Notes under the pieces: model-generated
What the model saw: the letters and a program-made list of their open reading frames with translations, nothing else
The model's database searches: none
What the model was told of the DNA's origin: nothing
Shown here: positions 29,340 through 43,400 of the stretch, in pieces
Position numbering within the stretch: position 1 is the first letter of the stretch
Layout: each line of letters starts with the position of its first letter
Assembly: GCA_001938485.1 (NCBI GenBank)
Contig: MQRK01241354.1
Span: 1 to 64,000 of the forward strand
DNA: 64,000 bases
Direction: 5' to 3'
From: Girardia tigrina
Lineage: Eukaryota
Program-made: the position numbers and the translations under genes

Positions 29340-32300
29340 TTTTTATTTATGCAGATTGTATAAATAATATAATTCTGTTCTAAAGATGATGTAATTTCTT
29401 TGACAAAAAGAAAATTATATTATTTCTTAAAGAACGTTGTAATTTATTTTTCTTTTTCATTAATTGTTTTATTGACGAAAATTATTTATTAAGAACGATT
29501 AAATAACATTTGATCGTGTGGTCATGTCAATTGTCAGAGGAGAAATCAGAAATTAATTTCATAATTTTATGTCCATATTGCGCTGCTTTGAATAATCTTT
29601 TCTGACAAACCATTTGCGTTGGGGATACTGAAATGGGCATAGATAATTTTATCAAAGCAGAACAAATGCTTTATAAATCATAAAACCATATGCATGTGGC
29701 ATAATACGAGGGAAACACCGGTGACTGGTTTCCTTTCATTCTCACAGAAGAGAAAATCAACTAAAGTTATAAACATGTCGCAGACATATTCCCATTATTT
29801 TCGGGCATTCCTATCATCTGGGGAATGCTATGGAATTTCTTAATTATAATCATGTGTATTATTTTTAAGAATATTTATTTAAATCATTTTTATACCAGTA
29901 ACAAATTAAGATATTAGAAAAATATTTAAGATTTTATTTTTGTTATATTTTGTTTAGCTTATTGGGAACTGGCTCCTGTTTATCTCTTCAATATTACTTG
30001 GATCCATTATCAGTTATTTGCAACAGAGAATGCTTCGAAACGCTTTTCTCTATGCTCGAGAGTTTCTCAACAATTGCGTGGAGAATAAGATAGCCAACGA
30101 AAAACTGGTACACATTTTATAACATTACTATTTATAAATTTAATTTAACGATTATCAATCATTGAATTTTAATTAACTAAGGTTACATCTGTCGAAAATC
30201 GCGATTTTTGTTCTATTGGATAACATACATTCCTTTTATTATTTTAAATAATTTTTAGAGATTTAATATGGAATTATTTTTCAACTGAAGAAATAGAATA
30301 TAAATAAAATAACACTGTGTGGAATATTTTCAAATGATGTTTATTGTATGTTGTTTTTAGGATTGTGTTTTTCACACCAAGATGGAAGATTGATATTTTG
30401 AATGTTTTCAACCGAATAATTAGATTAATTAAAAGTTCAGAAATAGAAATAAAAGATTTATCAATCAAGAACGATATCTAACTACCAAAGGTCTGTGGAG
30501 AATTGTCCTAGAGGCAATTCGAGTTGTGATGCCAATAAAATTATTGGAAATCATATTGGTGTTCTTAATAAATACTATTAATTTATCAAAGAAGTTTCTT
30601 TACTAATTCTGAAAAACCGGAAGAAAATTTGACAACTCAATTTCGATTATCTTTTTAATAAAATTACACTTTGTTGCGTTTTGTTCATTATTTGTTTGGG
30701 CGTACTTTACAAATCAAGTTTAAATGTTCAGAGGTAAAAAAAACCAAGTTGTATAAATGTCGTATAAGTGTCAATTTACATTCAATATGAAGAATAAAAG
30801 TTCACTGCTCAAACTCTGAACGAAAAGGTTTCAATAAAATACATTTGAATTTCTGTTATTCGAATTTCGTTGCTCAAATCTTTTCAAAAATGAATATTAT
30901 ACCCTTTATTTTGAAATTAATTTTCTGCTTTCTTTGAGAATTGTTCTGAAAGAGTCAAAGTTGTGTTCTGCCATTGTGAAAAATTGAATATCATAAAAAT
31001 ATTGAATATCATTATAATTGTTACGACTTCATAGTAAACCAATATTTTCTATCTGTATGTTGTGGCATTTGAAGCTATTATGATAATATTAAAATATGGT
31101 ATTCGAATGATAATTGAATTTTTCAAGAAACATTTCTAAATCTTGATAATTATTTTCATTATTTTTAAAATTCTGAAATTAAGTTTCCCATTGAGTTTAA
31201 TTGAGATACATTGAAACTGATATGTATTCAAAATGCTAATAAAGAAAGTAAAAACCAACAACTTCATGTAGCGATCATATACTCATGGAGCACTCGGTAG
31301 ATTAAGATGCCAAAAATTAGCAAAAACTTAAATAACTGTTGAATATACAATCTATGACAAATTAATTACACCAACAGGAATATTCTAAGGAAATAAGAAA
31401 CCGGTGATAAATATTTAATATTTCAGTAATGGTAATATCCACCCTTTCTCAAAACTAACTCAGACACACGATACATAGATTGCACACAGGCGGTGGCCGT
31501 TGCCTTGACATCGGGATCGGTATTCCAAATGTGAGTAGCTTTAGTGAATAACTCATCGCTGCTTCCATCACTGCCAAACCAGAACAGCTTCCTCTTCAAG
31601 ACATTTCAGATGTTCTCTATCACATTCATATCTGGTGAATACGATGGCTAAGGTACGCAGTCAATTGCGTCGTCTTGATTGACTTATGGTATGGCGCGCC
31701 ATCTTGAAGAAGTTGCCAAAGTGAATCATCAAACCAATGCTGTGCAACTGGTTGAAGATACTGCGTGAGAGTGGCGATGTACTTGTCTGAGTTTATAGTA
31801 CCAATGATAGGCACGAGAGAGTTTACACCAAACACAGATATGCCCCCCCCCCAGAACATCACTTTCGTTGTGAAACCACGCTGCTGTTTGAAATAAGCAG
31901 GTGTAAGTGCTTTCCTTTGTCCACGGCGAGCGAATTGAACTGTCTGTGGACTAATTTCAATTGCAGCCTCATCGTTGAAGATTAACTATGGTACAGTACA
32001 GTATAAACAGGTACAGTGAGGACATACCTTTCAATAAAGAGTCATTGCTTATCTTATCCCACATCTCCTGTGATAAAAGCATGTGCTGCTTTGCCCATTG
32101 GAATCGATTTTTGCATTTTCCCTTGTCAAGGAAGTGCACCTTCCTGGGTCGAAACGCCGGCCGTCCACTTTCCACCAGGGTACACTGTATGGTTCTCAAT
32201 GAAACGTTAGCTGCAATCATCCCAGAAGCTGCTTGAACAGAGTGAGCACTGACACGCGTTTCTTTCTTGCTCTCTCGGATAATGGCTTTCTTGTCTCGTT

Positions 32301-35300
32301 CTGACAGCTTTCCTTTCCGGGCACAATGTCCTTTGCGTAAAGTAGCAGTTGAGCCTGTCTTCTTGTAGTGGTTAATGATCCTTGTAACAGTAGAGTGATG
32401 TACACCCACAGCTTCTCCAATCTCTCTGTGAGTCTTGTCAGTATGCTGGCTCAAAACAATAACTCTTTTTCTCAGTACTTATGAGATGTCTGCCATTGCA
32501 TAAATGACTATGCTACAAAATCAGCCTGCTGCAGTGTGAGAGGAGTTCAAAGTCCATTCTTAGTGCATATACTGTATGTGATACAGCGATACATATAGTG
32601 TACTTTATCTGCCATTCACACTTTCACACACAATCAATGGAATGACTCATCACCCTCTGTCAGTGGTCCTTAGTAGATAACAGTGCAACATATTATCACT
32701 TTCTCAGCCTGGTGCAATTAATTTGTCGCACATTGTATGATTCGCTATGCGGTAATGGATTAAAATTAAAATAAATATTTTTTAAAATATTAATTTACTT
32801 TATTTATTTAAAAATTTTAAATAAAATATATCAAATTATTAAAAAATTTACACTTACATTAAATTAAAATAAATTTAAATAATATATGTAAATTTCAATC
32901 GAAATATTTTCAGATTATAATAATTCGAATATTAATCAGCTATGTGGGTAGGAGAGACAATCCACAATTAACACCCAAAATTCAAATAAAAAACTTCAAA
33001 CATTTCAACCATTCCTCATATCGCATCCCAATATATTAATAATTTATATTTAAATTTTATCAACATAATATTTAAAAACTAACTAAGAATATTTTTTGTG
33101 AAAAAGTATTTTATTTCTCATTTTTTTCTATTATTTCATGCTTCCGTCTTTTCAAGTTTTATTACTCTTTTATTTTTCTTTTAAGAGTAAGAGCTTCACA
33201 TAGTAATTAAAAATTTTATTTTTACTATTTTTAATTATTAATAAAACTGATTATTATTTTCCTTTTCGTCAATAAAGGATATTAATTTTTTTCATTTCAA
33301 ATAAAATCTTTTCAATGGACATCAGTTTATCAGTTTGTCCAAATAGAAGAATTATCAGATTAAAAGAATTTTGATAAATATTATATTTTTTATTTTTAGT
33401 AATGATTGTTTAGTAAAAGAATTTCTCTTTTTTTGTATTTTGGAAATTACCGAAAAAATATTTTAAATCAAATTTTATTTTTGACTAATTTTATCTGTTG
33501 ATTATTTACTATTATTGTGCTAATGTACTGTTTTAATTTACATTATTTTTTTATATTATTTATTGGCTTCTCATTTGTATCGTAAAAACCGATTAAAAGA
33601 TTATAAAATTTTATTTATGTTTTATAAGTCGAGAATTGGTTTTAATAGTGTAATTATTTCCCAAACGAAAATTCAATATTCTTCTAATCTTTATTATTAT
33701 TTATTCTGTAAATTACGTTCATGTTAGATTTTATCGGTGTCACAGCAAAAAGTCTTTTGCCGACACTGTTGTTCATACACGGCAATTGATAAATTGGTGG
33801 CGGAAATAAAAAATTCTTTTAAGAGGTCGTGATCGTATTTGCCATTTGGGATTTTATGCAAAGAAAATACAACAGGATATAGTATTTTCAAGAAAAAACC
33901 GAAAATAATGTATAAATGGGATAAGCAATCGCTTAATATGATCTATTAATATAACTTTTTAAAACCGTATTCTCGTGGATATAGTAAATTATAATCGTCC
34001 ATTCTATTTGATTAACATAGTAATTTATTCATACATATACAATAGTAGAAAGATTTCAGACATATAACTTCCTGGAATTGCTTCAACACTTTTGCCCGTT
34101 TTCGATTTGGATGGGAATCGAAATTCAAAATATAATAATTTCTGTGGAATTTTATTAATAGACGATTGTTTTATCTTGTTTTTTCAATATATGTATTTAG
34201 TACCTAAAGCTGTAAAAATATTTAAGTATATATGTATATATTATATATTTCAAACTTAAAAGTAATGTTAATTTAGTCTTACTGTAATTATTAATTGTGA
34301 TTAAAAAAATAAATTTGGAAAAATGCTGTTTATTTTTTTCAATTTTCATGAAATCTTCATTTTATTTGCAATTTTTCATTTCTTTGCAAACGACTTTTTT
34401 CACGAATAAATAATTTTAATCTATTAAAATACAATTACCAGTCGTAATCATTTTTGTCTAGAATATGAATATATTTGAATTTAATAAATTGTCGTTATTT
34501 AAATAACTGTAATGACATTGCAAGATATCATGATGCTCAAGCAATTAATTTAAGTTATAAAATTTGATTAAAAGAGATATTTAATATTAATAAGTTTTTA
34601 TAAGTAATTTAGTGCATGATTACGTGTCTAATTACGCATGTTTGAGACAAGTAATGAACGAGTTTCGATATCCGTGAGAACAAAATTTATGTACCAAATT
34701 CACTTGCATAAGGAAACTTTGCGTTTTGAATGTGATCGAAACCATTTTGACTCAACACATACTTTTATAAACTTTTTATTATTCAAATTGTTTCAGAATA
34801 TTATATCTTCAAGGTTTGTTGGTGCTCTTCAATGTTTTCTTTCAATTCCTTCTTATCCTGTGTTTATCTACATACTTTATTCAAAATCATCTGAATGATA
34901 TGTTCTATTTATCTGTAAAAATTAAGCTATATATAAACAAAAAGTATTGTAATTTTTCAAATAAAATCCCCATATATATCATAAGCAGTTGATTTGAAAT
35001 AAGAAGCAATTAAAATATTTAAATATTTTAAAGTGTAGTTAATTCTACTGGAAATATTAGAGACAAATTTGTCAATGTCGAGCATTTTGGCGTCACTCTG
35101 GCAGTTTGTCTATACACCGGATCTACGTTCTCTTTCTTTAATTTTAAAAATGAAATAAGTAGAAATACAAAAAATTACTTATCTATTTTTATTTGAGAAT
35201 AAATTATTTTAGAAGATAAAAAATATTCTTGAATATAAAAGACTTAAACTAGAAAATAAGTTTTTTGAATAGTACCAGCAGATAAATAAATTTAAAGGAA

Positions 35301-37425
35301 GATAAATAAATGAAACCAGCAGATAAATTTTAATGTTAAAAATTTAAAATAAAAAGGTAAAAATTTAACTAAAAAAGGAAAAATAAATTGTAAATTGATG
35401 TATTAACAGAAAAGTTAATACATAAGACCTCGATATAACGTAATTTTTTTGTTTCATGTACGAATGGGTTCGTTAGATCGAGGACAAACTGCATTATTAA
35501 AATAAAATTTAAGTAACTTTATTTCTTATTTGCGGTTTATCTCATTTTTAGCTTCATTTTTACATTCAAATAAAATTTTGAAAATATTTTACTTTTAGAA
35601 AATTTTTAAATTTAATTTTTCTTTGTTTCTTTTTCTTTACAAATAAAGTCAATAATTTATGTATAAGGATTTCATTGATTACATATTTTTCGTGTAACAC
35701 TACAACAAAGGAGACGCAACGAGTTCAGAGAACAATCAATAGGCAGTCAGAGCAATGATTCATCGATGCAAATCTTCTGTGTGCTGGTGTGTATGTGTGC
35801 ATGGCTTATTATGAAAGAAAACATTGCCACATTTGTCAAGTCGAAAGTATCAAATACAAACAACACACCGCGATAGTGATCGCGGTAACGCTTTGACGGC
35901 GTGACTCACCCTCCCTCTCAGACACGCAGTAGCTATTAGCGCACGAAGGTTAACCGTCGAATCAGGTCAGAAAGAGAAAGGTGTGCACATTTTATTATAA
36001 ATAAATCGGACCGGTGTGCGCCGACATCATTTATGGAGCAATCAATGATACTTTTTATTCATCCTACATCATACATATAATATAAATATACATATATATA
36101 TACGTTATAAAAATTATATACTTAGAAATAACAGCACAAAATTCGGTTTCTATTTGACAGAAAATTTTCTTACCTAATCTGTTTTAATTCCAATGTATAT
36201 AATATATATATATAATGCAATTTAGATGAAATGTTTCAGACAGTTTTGTTGTCAATTTCAATGATATAACTGTAATTAATTAATGGTATCATTCACCGTC
36301 TGAGGTTAGCCGAGGTCACATTTGCGGAGTAAGGATAAATCGTGGCAATGAACACGAGATACAACACTGAATTTTGCATTTCGTTTCTCTTGTTTCATAA
36401 ATGTTTTGATCATTGATAATTTTCTATGGACTGAAACAATTTAGATTAATATTTACTCATTCAGTTTAATGAAAGGGGTTTGCTTTCTATTGCATAATTC
36501 AATGATTGGGGTATATATAAAAATGTTTTCAATTTATTGGTTATACAAAGTCTGGACCTGTAAATACTTTCAATAATATCACATTTTCGATCTGATTGAG
36601 GCATTTTTATGTGTCATTTCCCTTTTATTATTTATGGTATTTTATACGGGAAAAAAGTTAAAGCGGGAAATGTTTTCTTTTTTGTATATTGATGTTTATA
36701 ATTAAAGAAAATTATTCCTGCAGCTGTTTCTTCAATGACTTCAAACACAGATTTCTGTTTTTGGATCTAGTAAAAAAATAAAGTGTAAAAATCCATTTGC
36801 TAAGTAAAGTTTCACACCAGATTTTATCTTCATAGAACTCGTGCTTTTTTAACTAAATATTAAATCGAATATGTAGTTGTAAATTCTTAATTTAGTTAGA
36901 TCAACAAACAAAATTGACCCGTGTAAACCATGGTATTCCTTTAGGTTGTATATATATATATATATATACAGTAAAACCTCCGAAGTTGAAAACTCTATAA
37001 TTTAAAAACCTCAGTAAGTTGAAATGTCGTCAGTCTCACATACCAAAAATAATCTTTTTTTCTGTAAGTTGAAAACCTCTGTATCTTTTAAGTTGAAAAT
37101 CTCTTCAATATCAATACAGTAGAACTTCCACAGTTAAAAACTCAAAGTTAAAAATCCCAGTAATTTGAAAAAAAAATTTTGAACTCCTTATCTGAAGATG
37201 TGATGGCCTCGGAATAAAATTTCGAAAAGGCTCACCTACAGGGTATGAAAACTCTTAGACAAACCTCTATTTATGGAAGAAAATAAATAAATTTGTCAAT
37301 ACACTTCTTATTCTTCTTGTCATATTCAATAGCTGTGATATAGGAGTGTATTTTCTCCAACTTGTAACCATAAGTTGAACTAAAATTTCTGCACCTCGAC
37401 TTTCAACTTATAGAGGTTTTACTGT

Positions 37426-37470
<45 letters not shown>

Positions 37471-40400
37471 GATTAAAGCTTTTTTTATACAACTATTGGA
37501 CATGTTTCGATGTTTATATACATCATCATCAGCAAATTTCTATTGAATTGTTTGAATAATACAATTTTTCACAATTTTAATAAATATAATTTAGTTTAAA
37601 AGGTAACGAATAAATTAAACATTTTTATTCGTTAATAAAAATTACGAAGTTTTCGTTACCTTTTAAACTAAATTATATTTATTAAAATTGTGAAAAATTG
37701 TATTATTCAAACAATTCAATAGAAAATTGCTGATGATGATGTATATAAACATCGAAACATGTCCAATANNNNNNNNNNNNNNNNNNNNNNNNNNNNNNNN
37801 NNNNNNNNNNNNNNNNNNNNNNNNNNNNNNNNNNNNNNNNNNNNNNNNNNNNNNNNNNNNNNNNNNNNNNTATATATATATATATATATAAATGTATAAA
37901 ATAAAAATAAAGTTTGTTTCATGACAGTTAATGAACCATATTGTATTAACAATATTGATAATTTGGATAATATGAAATCATTTTTTTACTGTTTTAAAAT
38001 ATTCTACTGCTTTTATTTATTTTTTTTATTTTCTATATTTATATATTTTGAAATGATTGGAACAAAATTGATTTGTTACAATAACCTGAAAGGAATAGAA
38101 TAAATAGTACGGACACCAGAAAAACGAAACTTTACCATAAATAACGGAAAAGTAGTTTTAAACATTATCAACAGATATAAGGAAGAAAGCAAATGGAAAA
38201 AAAATAATTTATTAAAGAAGCACAAACAGAGCAACAGGAAAAAATGTATTATATTTTATGAAAATATATAAATAAGACAAATTTAATTTATTCTCATTTA
38301 ATCGATTTAGTAGTAAAAAATAATTGTAGAAAATGTATTTATGATCTTTTAAGATTTTATTTGTCCAATTTTTAGGTAATTTTGTCTTCATTTTTTAATT
38401 AGTATTAAAAAAATCTTTTTAATTAAAAATTATTATAATAGTTCGCAGTTATTAAAATATAAATTATTCACAAATTATTTATATAACGCATCTTATATTT
38501 TACATATAAGCTTTAGGCTATAAACTAATATAAAAATATAATATATATAATCTAATCTATGTATATATAATTAATTTTTGAAATAACTTATAGAAAATAA
38601 TTTTTACGCTATTGTAGTATAAAATGTTTTATATATATATTACTTACATATTTGTAATATATTTTTTAAAAAAAATGCTGATTGTGATAATTGTTTATTT
38701 AATTTTAATTTTTTCTTTAATATTTGGATTTATTAGTATTATTTTTAATTTATTTCTTTTAAAATCATAACCTTTCTATTAATTCTAGGACCGATTATTA
38801 TCTTGTATCGTGCCACAGCCAATTCTGGTGGAGCTTAAGCAAAGCATTTTGATGAAAGAATTGCATGGACAACTTCCGTCGGTCGTACATCTTCGCAACG
38901 TCAGGTAAAGAAACAAATTTAACAATATATGTGCATTTTTTAAAGATAATTCATAATTTATTATTTTATAGTTGATAACTACATTATGAGAATATATTTT
39001 GCAATAATGTAGGAATTTTGATATTATGATACATTTATTTAAAATGAAAGTGTTACAAAAAGACATAAGCATGAAAGATATAACGCAATCCTCATATTTT
39101 AGATGAAAAAATGCACTTCATTCCAAATTGATTGATGCAAAACATTTGAAGTGTAAAAAGTTTAAATCAGTATGTACTTAATTATTATAACATCAAAGAT
39201 TGATTCATGTTTCTACGCATCTTTCAATCGTCATATAAAAGTTATTTGTGAAAGTCTCTGTACCTTTATTGTATAGATGAAAATGAATGTTTGTGTTCAA
39301 ATTTATCCATCAATCTTTATTTAATGTTCGTTGATATTGATTCAGTACCCATTTTTATTTGAGTACTTTGAAGAATCTTATTAATGATCTATTGAGTTTT
39401 TTGTTTAGCAAGTGACACAGGATGAGGACAAGAATTCCAATTTGTCCAATACTTATTGGCTTATTTTCAGCCAAAACACGTTGTTTCAAACAGAAGGACA
39501 CTCACACATCAAGGTGTCGCATATACAATCAATATTTGACTTAGATATTGTATATTATACAAGTGGTCAGGACATGAGTAATAAATGATTGAATAGATTT
39601 TCGTCTACTTTTATCAGGTTTCAGGCTTCAGAATAAACGGAGGAAAGGCTTGAATGGCCCGAGACTTCCAGGGTACATTGCTGATCTTTAAGATTTCTGT
39701 AAAATTCTCGAAGAGCGTTTCTTTCTTCTCAGGAAAGTGTCTAAAAACACGAGATATGTGTTAGAGAAACTTGTTACCTGTTGAGATGCGTATTTCCTTA
39801 ATCTCAGTTTTAACCTTTGAAGAAGGCTACTTTCACTTTATCATAATTTAATATCACATCCTTCACAAGTAAGTACTCGATGTTTGGTGATTTAGTTGAT
39901 CAATGGTGTTAGTCAGTTATTACAATTCGAAGAACGTGATCAATTTCATGATATTGGAAACTTAGGAACTTGGATTTAGGGTGAAATGATATTTCATTTA
40001 ACACTGATAGAGATTCTAAATTTGCAAAATCTTTGATAAATATAAATACATATTATCATTTAATTTAATTTATAATTTGAAATATTTATTATAATCATCT
40101 AGAAAAATCCTATATGATTTATATAAAATTATTTATTTTTTATGGTTTTCTGCTAAGTTCTACTTATTTATAGTTTTATAAATGTCGAGATATGCGGTCT
40201 TAGTCGCGGAACTAAAATTGATATCAACGGCAGCTCACTCTCAGCCGATATGGTAAAGTTAATGAATGAACTCTTTTCACGTTTCGATATGCTTGGCCAA
40301 GTATTTGTGTATTTTGAAAGTTAAAATAAAAGTTAAATTTTGTTTAGGAACTTGGTTGTTACCAAGTTCGAGTGCATCCAGACGACTATTTGAGCTTAGC

Positions 40401-43400
40401 TGGTTATCCTGAGACTCGCGTCGATCACGCCAAGTCATGCACAGAACTGGCTTTTAGGATTCATCAGACAATCAAGTAAACATTTTATTTCTTTTTATTT
40501 CTTTATTATTTTCTTGGTAACTAGAATAAGTAACAATTGATAAAAGAAACAAAAATATCGACATATATAAAATCCAGTTAATAATTGCAAACATCAAGCA
40601 TCACTTTCATATACGATATATATCTTTAAAATTGATATCTTCCGAAACCGTGTTCACAATTAGTATTACTCGTTTTTGATAAATATCATCTGTTTATCTT
40701 TATTAATTATGGAATTAATAAATGTCACCGATGCCCTGGTAATTAAAAAAATGTTTTATTTATTTAGTAATTTCATGATACTATCAAATCACGATACTAT
40801 GATTTGTCTGCATATACAGTTAACGAATTGCATGGGGAACGGTATTCGGCATCTCACAACCGGCATCTCAACCGCTGGGCAATCTATGTGCAACATCGAT
40901 CAAAAGAGGAATGCTATTCCTCCTTTGCTATTATCATAAGGTGCGTATAAATCCCCCAAATAAATTGTTTTACTTCAGACTATGCATGAGCCGACTTTTT
41001 CCCGGTAAAACGAAAGAAACAAAAATTTAGTAATTAAAATTATGGCTTGTTTTTTTTGCGTATTTGCTAATAGTACAATAAAAACCATTTCGAAATTCAA
41101 GATTTACAAATTAAAATGTTACAAATTAAAAAACAACATTTTCATTATTTATTTAATTTTGTATTTGGCGATTTTGCGTGGTTATGCTTTTTAAGTGAAT
41201 TGATGACGCGTAGTTGATGTTATATGGATCATCAGGAGAACGTACGTTATTGGTATTTCAATGTTTAACCAAGCTGTTGCACATCTGACTGTGCTGTAAA
41301 ATAGCATACAATCATTCTCATTCTTGTCGTTTTCTTTTACCTAACGAACTTCTTCGGAAATGAGTTCCATTTTACAATTCAGATTTTCACTATTCATACA
41401 AAAACAATTTTAAAAACATTAGTGAATCATACTAACTAAAGATTATATATGGAACATTGGTTAATTTAGAGTTCTTATTCGCCATAGCAACAAACACAGC
41501 TAAGTGATATTAATAATACCCACAAGGCTTGTGCAAGGACACTATGTTTCGGCAAAAGAAGGTTCTGCAAAGACAGGTGAGCATTGCAAAATGTCAAAAT
41601 CTTTGGTCAAAGGTTTTTGTGTAACTTCTTCGTTCAAAGTTGAACGGTTTTATCGATTTAATCAAATCCCTTTGTGAATTTCTTTATCAGTGATTAAAAA
41701 GTTTAGTCACTCATTTGTCTAAAGCCAAGTTTTTTGCACTAATGAAAAATAATCTTTTAGAGGTTTATATAAGAAAAGATGGTGTTTTCTTGTTGTATAC
41801 CGCGGTCTGATTATATCATATCTTTATATGTTTTGGTAAGCTCATTGTTCCAATGGAAATGCCATATAAATAACAGTTAATATTAAATTTGATTAAAAGA
41901 GAAACAAATGAAAGAGAAAGAAGATATATGAGTAACAATTCTAGTTTAAAAATAACAAAATGTTAGTCTAAGAAAAATAATTATCTTGTATCTGTAAAAA
42001 GATTGTATATATCCTTAAAATCAATACAGTGTTTTACTTATTTTTTTTGATTTGCAAATAATTTATTTTCTAGGATAATTATTTTAAAAGTAAAATGTCA
42101 TTTTATATTTCGGTGAAAATCACCATTATTTCCATAATTGTTTATTTTGTAGTATAGACTCCATGGTCTTAACTATTAGAACTTATTTCTTGATCAAGGA
42201 ATTTATCATAAATTCAATTATTTCAAGTTCGTACATCTCTTGAGGAATATTTCCACCCGTAAAATCAAACATACAATCACACACACATTCATACATACAA
42301 TCAAACATATATTTACATTGGGTTTCTAATGAAGCACACTGATCACCTCTCCTTGTGATCGTGCGTCCTCGTTTCCCTGTTCGTCTCCGGATCTTCTTTT
42401 ACCTCTATAATAATCTCTTGCTGTATTCTCTTCTCTTCTATCAAACATTTCCGATCTCCTGTCCATTTTATTTTATCAAATATTATAACATACACAGTTG
42501 CACATACACATGTGTTAATATATATAAATTTCATATTTAGTTGATCCATTTACTATTGGATGGAAATGAACCACTTTTCCGAAACATAATTGATCGATTA
42601 TCTCATTGAGAATTGTGTGAATAAAATTAGTTTTAAAAGATTTTCATTCTAAATGGAATTTCTAGACAACTCTTGTGAATTTTTATTAGAAAATTAGTTG
42701 TAGCTATAAATGTTTGGAATTAATTTTATAATTGTCTTTTTATGATTTCTGTCACTTGGGTAAAAATTGTCTGCTTAAAATTTGGTTTTCCAAATATATC
42801 TAATATTAGTGGTATATAACATTTCCCTTCTTATTTATTTATTTTTTAAAGGTCTAATCAAGGTATGGTTAACAAGTTGATCGGAATAAATTCTTCGAAT
42901 TAAATATAATCTGCTACATGTTATAAAGATAAAATACTTCCAAAATATTATAATTATATCATACGATTTTCAGAAAAATAATCATTTAAAATAAATGAAA
43001 AATATACATATCCCTAAATTTACCAGTTACATATTTTACACGGTTTTTATTTATAAGAAAACAAATCCTCTCATTTTGTACGAACTCTGTGTTTTGTTTT
43101 GCATGGATTCATTTTACGCTATACTTATTATGCACGATTTCTTTTATAACGAAAGTTATATAATTTCCAGCTAAATCCCACTTCTTTGATATAATAATCA
43201 CTTTCAGACGAACTTTTAATACATTTGGAACAACGTGGTTTAAAAGAACGAAATAACTGTTATAGAAATTTAGAAAAAAATACAATTTTAAAAAGCGTGC
43301 AACATGCTGTTTTACCATTTGCTTAAACCCTTCTTTTCGTTATGATTAGAAAATGGAAAGTCCTTTTTTAAGTTCAATTGTGGAATAAGGAAATGCAAAA

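Larger units (their letters stand above)
37494..37768. repeat. Inverted repeat (~116-bp arms, 1 mismatch, ~41-nt spacer), probably an inverted Penelope terminal repeat
   Basis: 37494-37610 is the reverse complement of 37652-37768; each arm holds a hammerhead; the right arm abuts an N gap. Confidence 0.85.

Noticed and set aside
33722-34017. TGTTA...TAACA possible solo LTR
   Set aside because: No TSD and no second copy in the window.
39410-39515. AG...GT-bounded stretch as a possible extra cyclase exon
   Set aside because: Exons 4 and 5 join directly (NVS|FINVE) with no missing homology; the region looks like an antisense RT remnant.
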